From positions 1 to 60,285 of the IMG/VR virus record IMGVR_UViG_3300033049_000023: a stretch of DNA of 60,285 nucleotides, one strand, 5' to 3'. The notes beneath the pieces were generated by a model that did not search any database, had not been told where the DNA came from, and worked only from the letters and a program-made list of their open reading frames with translations. Positions 28,250 to 37,137 of this stretch are shown in pieces (position 1 is the stretch's first letter; every line of letters begins with the position of its first letter). This DNA comes from a virus (lineage: Duplodnaviria > Caudoviricetes). The translations under genes were made by a program, and so were the position numbers.

Positions 28250-29830
28250 ATGCCATCACCAACCGGACTTCAAACCAACTCGGGCACCGCCGCATCCGTT
28301 GATTCCAAAGTGGATGAGCCGGTTGCCGCATACAAATCTATGAGAGAGCATTGGGACCTCCCCGATGATCTCCTCGGGGGCACCCCCGATATGCGCCGGG
28401 CGGGTGTCAAATGGTTGCCTAAGCACGAAGCGGAAGCGTCGAAGTCGTGGCTTATCCGCCGCGATATGTCGGTCCTGTTCCCGGCGTACAAAGACACGAT
28501 CAAGCGCATCGTGGACAAGCCGACCTCCCAGCCGGTGACCGTGGAGGGCTTGCCCGAGTCGATGGAATACCTCGTCGATGATGTGGACGGGTTCGGCACT
28601 TCGCTCCATGACTTTGTGCATCAACTCCTCAAGTTCGGAATCCACTACGGGCACTCCGGGGTGTTCACTGACTTCCCCACCGCGCCCGAGAACCGCACCA
28701 AACAGGATGAGAAGGAACTGAACCTCCGCCCGGTGTTCATCCTCTACCCCGCCTCCCAAATCATCGGGTGGCGGTTCCTACCCGGCACCGACGAACTGGA
28801 GCAAGTCCGGTTTATCGAACGCAAAGATGAGCCCAAGGGCGATTGGGGTACTGAGGTTGTTGAGTATGTCCGCGTGATTACGCCGGACGGGTTCAAGTTG
28901 TACCGGAAGGCCCCGAGTGAGTCCGAGTATTCTTTGCATGATGAGGGGTTCCACACATTCGGTTCCATCCCCCTAGAAATCTTCTACACTGAATCCGATT
29001 CGCCGATGATCTCCGAGCCCCCGTTGGAGGACCTTGCTTGGCTCAACCTCTCTCACTGGCAATCCCAGTCAGACCACCGGAACATTCTGCGATACGCCCG
29101 GGTCGGCATCCTGTTTGGTAGTGGGCTCACGGACGATCAGGTGGAGAATGGTTTGGTCATTGGCCCAACCCAGTTCATCGGTACCACCGACACGGACGCG
29201 GACTTGAAGTTTGTCGAACACTCCGGCGCGTCAATCGGTGCCGGTCGTCAAGACCTCAGGGACCTAGAAGAAAAAATGGAAGTCCTCGGGATGAAGCCGT
29301 TCGCCCAGCGTCGGAACGGAAAGACTCTTGGGGACCGGGTGATTGATGAGGACAGTGGGGACACGGCAATCCACTCATGGGTTCGCAATGCCGAGCGGAC
29401 AATCGAGCAAGCGTTCCACAATGCGGCGGCATGGATGGAAGTAGGACTTCCCGAGGACTTCGCCGTAAATATCTTCTCAGAGTTTTCCATCGGCTCCAAC
29501 GCCGAGAGCGATAGCAAGACGCTTCGAGAGTTGCAGCAAGACGGCATCATTACCAAGACCACGCGGCTCAAAGAGATTCAGCGTCGTGGTATCTTGCCGG
29601 ACGATATGGATGCCGAGGCAGAAGTGGAGGAGGCATCCGAGGAGTTTGACGCGTCGATGCCTACGCCGTTCGATGACATCACCGACCGCACCGAGGAACC
29701 ACCCAAGAAGCCCGAGGAAAAGCCCAAGGCAAAGGACGGTCCCAAAGACCCACCCGAGAAACCAAAGGTGGTTGACAAGAAAACCGTGCGGAAGGCCGAG
29801 CGGAAGGCCGCGAAAGACGGCGATGAATAA
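28250..29830 (+). CDS. portal protein (DUF4055-like)
   Basis: DLLGGT..MR.AG..WLPK..E, PPLEDLAWLNLSHWQSQSD motifs. Confidence 0.85.
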   Translation: MPSPTGLQTNSGTAASVDSKVDEPVAAYKSMREHWDLPDDLLGGTPDMRRAGVKWLPKHEAEASKSWLIRRDMSVLFPAYKDTIKRIVDKPTSQPVTVEGLPESMEYLVDDVDGFGTSLHDFVHQLLKFGIHYGHSGVFTDFPTAPENRTKQDEKELNLRPVFILYPASQIIGWRFLPGTDELEQVRFIERKDEPKGDWGTEVVEYVRVITPDGFKLYRKAPSESEYSLHDEGFHTFGSIPLEIFYTESDSPMISEPPLEDLAWLNLSHWQSQSDHRNILRYARVGILFGSGLTDDQVENGLVIGPTQFIGTTDTDADLKFVEHSGASIGAGRQDLRDLEEKMEVLGMKPFAQRRNGKTLGDRVIDEDSGDTAIHSWVRNAERTIEQAFHNAAAWMEVGLPEDFAVNIFSEFSIGSNAESDSKTLRELQQDGIITKTTRLKEIQRRGILPDDMDAEAEVEEASEEFDASMPTPFDDITDRTEEPPKKPEEKPKAKDGPKDPPEKPKVVDKKTVRKAERKAAKDGDE

Positions 29831-30885
29831 TGCCTCTCACGGTCAACGAACAAATCTTGAGTGACACGATCCGCCGTGCGATTATGGTGGAGCGTTTCAA
29901 GGTCTCCGAGATTCATCGGTTGCTATCGATGTTGGACGACGATGTGTACTCAAACCTCATGGCCCAACTGGCAAAGGACCTCCCCCGCATCCACACGGCT
30001 AACCGGATGGTTTCCCCCCGCTCGGCGCAGCGTTACCGTGATATGGTCCGAGACCTCAGGGCCATTTCACGCGACGGCTTTCGTACAACCCGGACCGCAT
30101 CGAAAGCCCAACTCCTCGACTTCGGTAGGATGGAGGGGATTTGGCAGGGCGCATCAGTCACCGCAGCAATGCCCGTGTCCATTTCATTCGGGTTGCCTAC
30201 GGCGGGGATGCTCCAACAGATTGTCAATCGGGAGGTGATTCAGGGTGCGCCCTTGACTCAGTGGTGGGCTGGGCTCGCCCGGGACACCTCTCGGCAAGTT
30301 GAGCAGGCAATCAACTCGGGGATTGCGAACGGCGAATCGGTCGATCAGATCGTGCGACGAATCCGAGGAACCAGATCGTTCCCCGGCGCGTTCGGTTCGT
30401 CTCGCCGCAATGTGCAATCCGTTGTCCGTACTTCGATCACTCATGTATCGGCACGGGCTCGGGAGGAATCGTTTGCGGCGAACTCCGACATCATCAAGGG
30501 GTACCAGTATGTTGCCACGCTTGACGCGAGGACAACCGATATTTGTGCATCGATCGATGGGCAAGTTTTCCCGGTCGGACAGGGCCCGCGCCCGCCGCTT
30601 CATATCAATTGCCGTTCGACCGTGATTCCCATTATGAAATCGTGGAAAGAAATGGGCTTGCCGTTCAAGGATATGACCGACACTACTCGCGCATCAATGA
30701 ACGGTCAGGTCCCGGCGCGGCTGTTCTATCCAGAGTGGTTGCGGGGTCAGTCCGTTGCGATCCAAAACGAGGCACTCGGCGTAGGCCGGGCGAAGTTGTT
30801 TCGGCAGGGGATGCCGATCTCCCGATTCGTCACACCTCAGGGACGGCCTCTCACGCTGGCACAATTGGAAGCGATCTGGAACTAA
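29830..30885 (+). CDS. head morphogenesis protein (Mu gpF / SPP1 gp7)
   Basis: ATLDARTTDICASIDG..PPLHINCRS. Confidence 0.9.
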   Translation: MPLTVNEQILSDTIRRAIMVERFKVSEIHRLLSMLDDDVYSNLMAQLAKDLPRIHTANRMVSPRSAQRYRDMVRDLRAISRDGFRTTRTASKAQLLDFGRMEGIWQGASVTAAMPVSISFGLPTAGMLQQIVNREVIQGAPLTQWWAGLARDTSRQVEQAINSGIANGESVDQIVRRIRGTRSFPGAFGSSRRNVQSVVRTSITHVSARAREESFAANSDIIKGYQYVATLDARTTDICASIDGQVFPVGQGPRPPLHINCRSTVIPIMKSWKEMGLPFKDMTDTTRASMNGQVPARLFYPEWLRGQSVAIQNEALGVGRAKLFRQGMPISRFVTPQGRPLTLAQLEAIWN

Positions 30886-30933
30886 TCTCCCCACTCGGCG
30901 AAACGCATCTCCCCACTTCGCACCCGGCGGCAC

Positions 30934-30994
30934 CGTACTAGCACCGTAAGACAACCGTAAGACAACCGTAAGGCCAGCGTAAGTCCCGCGTAAG
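30934..30994 (+). repeat. 11-bp-period tandem CGTAAG repeats
   Basis: CGTAAG at 30945, 30956, 30967, 30978, 30989 (CGTACT at 30934). Confidence 0.85.
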
Positions 30995-31125
30995 CGTTTG
31001 TTCGTTCACAGACCTCCCATCTACGGATGCCAATCTAGACCGGCTTAGATAGGCCCTGAGGGGGTCGGTTTCTAGGGGTCGCGACGATGTTTGGTGTTTG
31101 TTGGCCTCACCGGGCCCAGCCCGAT

Positions 31126-31165
31126 CCTTCACGATCCTTTCACGACCCTTTCACCCACCTTTCGC
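31126..31165 (+). repeat. 10-11-bp-period CCTTTCAC repeats
   Basis: copies or variants at 31126, 31136, 31147, 31158. Confidence 0.7.
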
Positions 31166-31265
31166 TCGGGTGCCGAAAGTTTCTCCCGATGGGAAACCGG
31201 CCTTGCTTCACCCAACCGAGGATCGGGCGCACTATCTGACATTTTTTGCTAAATATCTCCCATAG

Positions 31266-31320
31266 TTGATTGACGCGTCAATAAATAACCGATACACTTA
31301 GGTACCGGGATAGTCCGGTT
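31266..31320 (+). promoter_or_regulatory. promoter/operator/hairpin repeat copy C
   Basis: TTGACG(31270)-17-TACACT(31293); perfect palindrome ATTGACGCGTCAAT; hairpin ACCGG-GATAGT-CCGGT. Confidence 0.8.
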
Positions 31321-31331
31321 CGGAGATTACT

Positions 31332-31589
31332 ATGTCACTCACCGCCACGAAACTCATCGCCGTCCTCTCCGCCTACCGCTCGAACACCATGCCCGCCATA
31401 CTGAGCGGGTACGCTGATTCCACGCTGGACGATATGACCACATACCTAAAGGGGTGGGCGAGCGTAGGAGAGCAGGGCCGCAAACTGGTTCTCCGATCCA
31501 ACGGAGTCCGCACCATATTTGAGCCCGCAGAACTGACCACCATAGTAAAAGCCATTCAGGACGAAGAAACCGCCCGGTGCTGGGCGTAA
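31332..31589 (+). CDS. hypothetical early-type protein
   Basis: GGAG RBS after promoter C. Confidence 0.65.
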   Translation: MSLTATKLIAVLSAYRSNTMPAILSGYADSTLDDMTTYLKGWASVGEQGRKLVLRSNGVRTIFEPAELTTIVKAIQDEETARCWA

Positions 31590-31631
31590 ACCATATATCC
31601 ATCAATACCTAAACCACGAAAGACCAACACC

Positions 31632-32066
31632 ATGACACTCACAAAAACATTCCACGCCTCAGACCTCGCACATTGCTCATGCTCGGACCACTACACAAAG
31701 ATGCCATTCTTACGGGATGCCGTGTACACCTCGGGAGTTCTCGCATTGGCTGAGGGTGCCGGGGCGTTCTGGCTCATCGATCTCATTGCCTCACACCTAC
31801 CACACGGAAAGAGGTTGGGCCAGTACCTACCGGTTGGCGACACGAGGACCATCAAGCTCATCAAGTGCGGACCCCGGGCCAAGAATCAGGCGAAGGTGGT
31901 TTACACGATCACGAACAAACTCACCGGCGAGGAACGCCCGGCCAAAGTTATTCAGCGGCTCGGCTATTGCGACTTCCCGTTCGATGCGGGCTTTGACGGC
32001 GAAGTGACTTTGTGGTTGCATCGTGACTCCGAGCGTTTCACCCTCCTACTTCCATCGGAGCATTGA
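31632..32066 (+). CDS. DUF6876-like protein
   Basis: YTSGV..LAE.AGAFWLIDLIAS, DFP, LLLPSE motifs. Confidence 0.7.
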   Translation: MTLTKTFHASDLAHCSCSDHYTKMPFLRDAVYTSGVLALAEGAGAFWLIDLIASHLPHGKRLGQYLPVGDTRTIKLIKCGPRAKNQAKVVYTITNKLTGEERPAKVIQRLGYCDFPFDAGFDGEVTLWLHRDSERFTLLLPSEH

Positions 32067-32208
32067 TAGACCTCATGCAAGTTGGCGATTGGGAAACCAT
32101 CGCCAGCATACGGGCGGGCGAGCGGGAAACACTCGCCAGTCCTTTCACCCTCGGATGATTCCGAGGTTCACCCAGATCGGCGGAGCCGAGAACTTTTTAG
32201 GAGTTGTT

Positions 32209-32385
32209 ATGAAGTTTTCTAAATCCGTTTCCCTGTCCTCCGCCCCTACCCGATTCGCCCTTTATGGGTTGATGATGGGGGGCTCCATTGCTCTCTTGCT
32301 CTCCCTCGGTGGGTGCAGGGCAATGGAGGGCTTGGGTAAAGACATCTCGGGGGCATCCCGGGGAATGCGTCAATCGGACGATTGA
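32209..32385 (+). CDS. entericidin EcnA/B-like lipoprotein
   Basis: lipobox LGG-C followed by RAMEGLGKDI (CxTxxGxGxDI family pattern); AGGAG RBS. Confidence 0.7.
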   Translation: MKFSKSVSLSSAPTRFALYGLMMGGSIALLLSLGGCRAMEGLGKDISGASRGMRQSDD

Positions 32386-32411
32386 TGTAAACTAGACGCT
32401 CTCTCTCAAGT

Positions 32412-32456
32412 TGCCGCCCCTCGGGTTTCTCTCCCCGGGGGGCGGTTTGCGTTTTG
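32412..32456 (+). terminator. Rho-independent terminator
   Basis: GCCGCCCC/GGGGCGGT stem plus T-rich tail. Confidence 0.6.
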
Positions 32457-32524
32457 GCCCCGGCGGGGTATACTATGGAGGCATCCTTTACGCGTAAATA
32501 ACTAAACAAGACGGAGAACGGCTC

Positions 32525-33337
32525 ATGGCACTGAAACCAAAGATCACCACCGCAGAACTCGAAGCACTCCCCGAGGGAGTCCGAGAACATTACACACCCG
32601 TTACCGGGGCGGAAGATTCCCATATGCTCGATGTGACCCCGCAAGGTGGGTACGCGTTGGAGAATGTGGCACCGATCAAATCCGCACTGGAGGCCGAACG
32701 CCGCCGGGGCAACGCCGCAGAATCTCGCTTGAAGATTTACGAGATTCCGGGCGAGGATGGCGCAGACCCAAGCTATATTGACGCGGACGATGCCCGCAAC
32801 GCAATGGAGACCGTAGCAAAAGGGACCGGCGATGTGGATGAACGGATTCGCACCAGCGTAGAGGCCGAGCGCAGCCGACTTGGCAAGGCGCACAAGTTGG
32901 AGTTGGAGACCGCTACCGGGTCACTTACCGCAGCCGAAGCGGACATTTCACGCATGATGCTCCAGACCGCAGGGCTTTCCAACAACAACCGAGTGAAGGG
33001 TAATGCGAAGTTCGTCATTCCACTCTGGGAACAGGTGTCCCGAGTGGTCAAGGACGCGGACGGGAAACGCGTTATCGAAATCCTCGACGAGAACGGGGAA
33101 GTTCGACCGGGCTCGGGCGCGGGTGGGCGGCTCACCTCAGAAGAATACTTCGACGAACTCAGCAACGACCCAGACCTTGCCGTAGCGTTTGCCGGGGGTA
33201 GTTCCTCGGGGACCGGCGGCGGTCGGAACGACAAGCCGAGGGGCGGCGGAAGGACCGGGTTTGTCTCCGCCGGTGACTCCGATGGTCTGTCCGGCAGTCT
33301 TGAAGATATTGCCTCGGGCAAGGTCACCGTCAACTAA
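32525..33337 (+). CDS. capsid scaffolding protein
   Basis: LPEGVREHY..LDV, KSALEAER coiled-coil, Gly-rich C-terminus; upstream of capsid gene. Confidence 0.75.
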   Translation: MALKPKITTAELEALPEGVREHYTPVTGAEDSHMLDVTPQGGYALENVAPIKSALEAERRRGNAAESRLKIYEIPGEDGADPSYIDADDARNAMETVAKGTGDVDERIRTSVEAERSRLGKAHKLELETATGSLTAAEADISRMMLQTAGLSNNNRVKGNAKFVIPLWEQVSRVVKDADGKRVIEILDENGEVRPGSGAGGRLTSEEYFDELSNDPDLAVAFAGGSSSGTGGGRNDKPRGGGRTGFVSAGDSDGLSGSLEDIASGKVTVN

Positions 33338-33359
33338 ACGGCGGCGAAAGCACACACAA

Positions 33360-33403
33360 ACCGGCCTGTTCCCACCTTGTCCCCGGGAATAGGTCGGTTT
33401 TTT
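33360..33403 (+). terminator. Rho-independent terminator
   Basis: ACCGGCCTGTTCCC/GGGAATAGGTCGGT stem plus T-run. Confidence 0.7.
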
Positions 33404-33412
33404 GCTACCGAC

Positions 33413-33603
33413 TTGCTTTTAGGTCTGGGGCATGTTAGAGTTTTGTATCGATCACCAGCGGCGGGATGCCAATGGGCCGATTGATACCCCCCGGGTTGCG
33501 GGATGCTCCTCGGGTTGTTGGACGCTAGGCGGGATGCCGATGCGAAAGACTCCACTGTAAATCTAAGCCCGGTCAACCGACCATCACCACAAGGAGATTC
33601 GCT
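33413..33603 (+). promoter_or_regulatory. capsid-gene promoter and long leader with three GCGGGATGC hairpins
   Basis: TTGCTT-17-TAGAGT with TGn extension; GCGGGATGC at 33461, 33498, 33529; RBS ACAAGGAG. Confidence 0.65.
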
Positions 33604-34758
33604 ATGGCGAACGATCTCACAAATGTAATGCACAAGATTCTTGCGCGGGGTCTCATGTCGCTCCGCGAAACCGTCCTTCTCACCCAGTTGGTAAACACCG
33701 ATTACTCCAGCGAGGCAGCCAAGAAGGGTGATGTTATCAATGTCCCCGTTCCAACTTCCATCGGCGTGATTGATGTTGTCCCCGGTGTGACCGACCCGAC
33801 CCCCGTGGATAAGACCCCCGGCACCGTGGCTATCCCGCTTGACAACTGGAAGCAGAACGAACCGTTCCACCTCACCGACAAGCAACAGGCGGAAGTCAGC
33901 AAGAACGAACATTTCCTCCCTATGTATGTCACCGAGTCGCTTCGTGCGCTGGCCGGTTCCATCAACCAGACCGTGCTTGCCCAATACACGGGTGTGTATG
34001 GTTATGTGGGTACCGCAGGCACCACACCGTTCGGTTCCACCGTCGCCGATGCCGTCCAAGCCCGCAAGGTCCTCAACGCTCAGTTGTGCCCTCGCCGGGA
34101 CCGCCGGATGGTCTTGGACCACGAGGGCGAAGCGAACGCGCTTGCCCTCTCCGCATTCTCGGACTTCGAGAAAACCGGTGAGCAAAACGCGAAGATCCAC
34201 GGCGTGCTTGGAACCAAGTACGGCTTTGATTTCTTCGCCGATGACGACATCCCGACGCACACCGTCGGCACCGCATTCGCTAAGACCGTCACCCTCATCT
34301 CCAACTCCGCAGTTGGCGATGCAACCGTGACGCTCGGTGTTGATATCGGTACCGCCACCGTTGTTGAGGGTGACATCATCACCATCGCGGGCGACCTCCA
34401 GACTTATGTTGTGACCGCAGACGCGACCCTGAATACCTCAGGTGTTGCCGTTGCGATCTCGCCTACTCTGGCAATCGCGGTGAACGGTTCGGGCACTCCC
34501 GTTGCCGTCACCCTGAAGGATTCACATACCGTGAACCTTGCGTTCCACCGTGACGCGTTCGCCCTTGCACTCCGCCCGTTGGAAAACTCCTCGGTCGCCT
34601 CAGCAAGTGCGAACATCGCCGTTATGTCCGACCCATTGACCGGCCTTTCACTTCGCCTCGAAGTTCGCCGCCAGCACAAGCAGGATGCTTGGGAGTTCGA
34701 TGCCCTCTGGGGGACCAAACTCGTTCGCCCTGAACTTGCTTGCCGCGTCGTCGGTTGA
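33604..34758 (+). CDS. major capsid protein (P22 coat-like)
   Basis: LVNTDY..KKGDVINVPVP, NLAFHRDAFALA.RPL, FDALWG.K.VRPELA. Confidence 0.9.
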   Translation: MANDLTNVMHKILARGLMSLRETVLLTQLVNTDYSSEAAKKGDVINVPVPTSIGVIDVVPGVTDPTPVDKTPGTVAIPLDNWKQNEPFHLTDKQQAEVSKNEHFLPMYVTESLRALAGSINQTVLAQYTGVYGYVGTAGTTPFGSTVADAVQARKVLNAQLCPRRDRRMVLDHEGEANALALSAFSDFEKTGEQNAKIHGVLGTKYGFDFFADDDIPTHTVGTAFAKTVTLISNSAVGDATVTLGVDIGTATVVEGDIITIAGDLQTYVVTADATLNTSGVAVAISPTLAIAVNGSGTPVAVTLKDSHTVNLAFHRDAFALALRPLENSSVASASANIAVMSDPLTGLSLRLEVRRQHKQDAWEFDALWGTKLVRPELACRVVG

Positions 34759-34773
34759 TACAAAATCCTTTTG

Positions 34774-34805
34774 AGCCCGGCGGTCAAACGCCCGCCGGGT
34801 TTTTT
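34774..34805 (+). terminator. Rho-independent terminator
   Basis: GCCCGGCGG/CCGCCGGGT stem plus T-run. Confidence 0.8.
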
Positions 34806-34845
34806 CAGAGTCCATATTCACCTAACACCCTAAAGGGGAACGCTC

Positions 34846-35337
34846 ATGTCCAGCAAAAAGAATCCAGTACCGTCGCCACCCAAAGCCCAGACCGCACCGA
34901 CTTGTGAGGTTGAACGCGAGGGGACCGGTCGGCTCAAAATCAACACCGCCGATCTTGCCCGCTATCAGGGAAAGGGGTTCAAGTTGATCGACGAGGCGCA
35001 GGTGGCAAAGGATGCGGCCAGTGCCGAGGCGACCCGAGTAGCAAATGAGAATGCCGCCGCCGCCGCACAAAAAGCAGCCGAGGATGCCGCCACTCTGGAA
35101 CGCGAAGCCAAACTCGATGCCGCAAAAGCCGAGGCCGCAGAAGCCCAGAAGGTTGCCGATACTCAACTCGAAGCCGCCCGGGCCGAAGCCGCAGAAATCA
35201 ATGCAGCCAACGCCGCAGCCCGAGAAGCACAAGCCGCAGCCGCAGCCGCAGCCGCAAACACCGCACCGGCGGACAGTCAGGGCAACGCCTCGATTGGCCC
35301 GTCCAATGCAGGCGGTGGAATCGGTAGCGGCGGGTAA
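34846..35337 (+). CDS. Ala-rich helical protein
   Basis: low-complexity A/E/K helix after capsid gene. Confidence 0.65.
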   Translation: MSSKKNPVPSPPKAQTAPTCEVEREGTGRLKINTADLARYQGKGFKLIDEAQVAKDAASAEATRVANENAAAAAQKAAEDAATLEREAKLDAAKAEAAEAQKVADTQLEAARAEAAEINAANAAAREAQAAAAAAAANTAPADSQGNASIGPSNAGGGIGSGG

Positions 35338-35378
35338 TCAGTATTGATCGAAGTGACGAAAGAAACTAGGAGTCCTCA

Positions 35379-35894
35379 ATGGCAATCATCATCGAAGATG
35401 GAACTGGGAAGGCAGACGCGGAAGCGTTTATCTCAGTGGCCGACGCGGACTCCTACTTTGCTTTGATCGGTGAAACGACCGCGTGGGGTGCGGCGAGTGA
35501 GGCGGATAAAGAAAAAGCACTCCGCCGTGGTGCAATGTATATGGCACAGAAGTTTGATGCCCGTTGGCTCGGGACCCGGACCGACTCGCTCCAGTCTCTT
35601 TCATGGCCGCGTTATGATGTTGTTGACCTTGACGGCTATGTTGTAAACTCTGACATCGTGCCGGTTGAAGTTGGTCGGGCGAACGCGGAACTTGCATCAC
35701 GACATATCGGCGGAACCGAACTCCTCCCCGACCTTGACGAAACCGGAACCATCCGTGAGACGATGGTGAAGGTTGGGCCGATCACGGACCAGACTATTTA
35801 CCAAAGCCCCAAATCTCCCGTCCCGGTATTCTCCTCGGTAAACGCGATGCTCTCCCGGTATATGAACCGATCCGGTTCGCTTCGGAGGGCATGA
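35379..35894 (+). CDS. head-tail adaptor (DnaT-like phage family)
   Basis: IIEDGTG..AEAFISVADADSYF, QSLSWPR, VKVGPI. Confidence 0.8.
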   Translation: MAIIIEDGTGKADAEAFISVADADSYFALIGETTAWGAASEADKEKALRRGAMYMAQKFDARWLGTRTDSLQSLSWPRYDVVDLDGYVVNSDIVPVEVGRANAELASRHIGGTELLPDLDETGTIRETMVKVGPITDQTIYQSPKSPVPVFSSVNAMLSRYMNRSGSLRRA

Positions 35895-36268
35895 TGCCAA
35901 CGGTACTCGATACTAAAATCCCAGCCAAAGTCCTCGCCATCATTGAGAAGTATGGGGCCACCGGTTCGATCTTCACCAAGCGTGGGGCGGGCTCGGTTTC
36001 ATTCACCACCGGCGGGGTCACCAACCCCGAAACCGAGATTACCCCCAAGATCACGCCGCCCGAGCCGTATTCCGTTGCGTATATCAACGGGACCACGATT
36101 CAGGCCGGGGATGTAAAGGTGATGGTGGCGGCGCAGGGTCTTAGCCCATTGCCCGCGCCCAGTGACCGCGTGGTGTTGTTCGATGGGAATGAGTTTACTA
36201 TCGAGGGCATTGAAACCATTATGAGCGGCGAGAGTGTGGCCGCTTATATCTTGCAGTTGCGGAGGTGA
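35894..36268 (+). CDS. head closure/head-tail joining protein
   Basis: INGTTIQAGDVK, YILQLRR; position. Confidence 0.7.
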   Translation: MPTVLDTKIPAKVLAIIEKYGATGSIFTKRGAGSVSFTTGGVTNPETEITPKITPPEPYSVAYINGTTIQAGDVKVMVAAQGLSPLPAPSDRVVLFDGNEFTIEGIETIMSGESVAAYILQLRR

Positions 36269-36271
36269 CCG

Positions 36272-36688
36272 ATGGCTACCAACCGAGACTCCGCAGGAAA
36301 GTTCGTCAAGAACTCATTCAAGATCAAACAGGACATCCCGCACAAACTGGTGTCGCCATTTCTCCGCAAGATCGTGTTTCAGGTTTTGCGTGGCGTGGTC
36401 CTAAAGACCCCCGTGGATGAGGGCGTTGCCCGTGGTGGGTGGGCCGTCGGTGGTGGGGCCCAGCCCGGTCCTACGGGCCGCGTCGATCAGAGTGGCACAG
36501 CGACCATCAACGCGGGGATGGCCGTGATTGCCCGTCTCCAGCCCTTCACAAAGACTTGGGTGACAAACCATGTTCACTATATCGGTTTCCTAGACCAAGG
36601 CAGACCCGGACCCGGATCGAATCAGGCACCGCAGGGAATGGCCCGGCTCACCCTTGAAGAAGTTACCGCACAGTTTGGGGGTGCATGA
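36272..36688 (+). CDS. HK97 gp10-like neck protein
   Basis: TPVDEG.ARGGW, SNQAPQGM. Confidence 0.75.
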   Translation: MATNRDSAGKFVKNSFKIKQDIPHKLVSPFLRKIVFQVLRGVVLKTPVDEGVARGGWAVGGGAQPGPTGRVDQSGTATINAGMAVIARLQPFTKTWVTNHVHYIGFLDQGRPGPGSNQAPQGMARLTLEEVTAQFGGA

Positions 36689-37122
36689 TGCCCACGATCA
36701 CCGAGCGTGAGTTGGAAATGTTCGAGCGGTTTCGTACCGTGGTGCATTCGGTACACAACTATCCAGCAAAGTACGGGAACTTCCCTTATAGTCTGAATGA
36801 CAATGCGAAGTTGAACCGCGTACCAAAGCCCTCGGATGGTGCGTTCTTCAAGATCACGATCAACCCCGGACAAGCCGTAAAACGCGAACTCGGCGGCGCA
36901 GGAACAAAGACGACATATCCCGGGCTCCTCACGGTACAAATCAATGTGCCCGTGGATTCCGGCGAGTTACTATTGAATCTTCTGGTGCAAGCGGTTGATG
37001 CCGCATTCAAACAGAAGAACATTGCGGGATTGTGGTATAGATCACCACACCCCGAGCAGAAGTTGCAAGCGGACGGATGGGTGCAAAGGACGGTCCAATG
37101 CCCCTATCGGTTCTTTACATAA
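36688..37122 (+). CDS. tail terminator-like protein
   Basis: G.LTVQINVPVDSG; position before tube gene. Confidence 0.6.
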   Translation: MPTITERELEMFERFRTVVHSVHNYPAKYGNFPYSLNDNAKLNRVPKPSDGAFFKITINPGQAVKRELGGAGTKTTYPGLLTVQINVPVDSGELLLNLLVQAVDAAFKQKNIAGLWYRSPHPEQKLQADGWVQRTVQCPYRFFT

Positions 37123-37137
37123 AAAGGAGTCATAGTT

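Noticed and set aside
30886-31330. tRNA or known ncRNA in the large intergenic gap
   Set aside because: No cloverleaf or T-loop GTTCRA signature found by eye
33334-34260. Long antisense ORFs (also 39748-40955, 54641-55720, 23696-24457, 6490-7200)
   Set aside because: Shadows of well-supported + strand genes in GC-rich sequence, with no recognisable motifs
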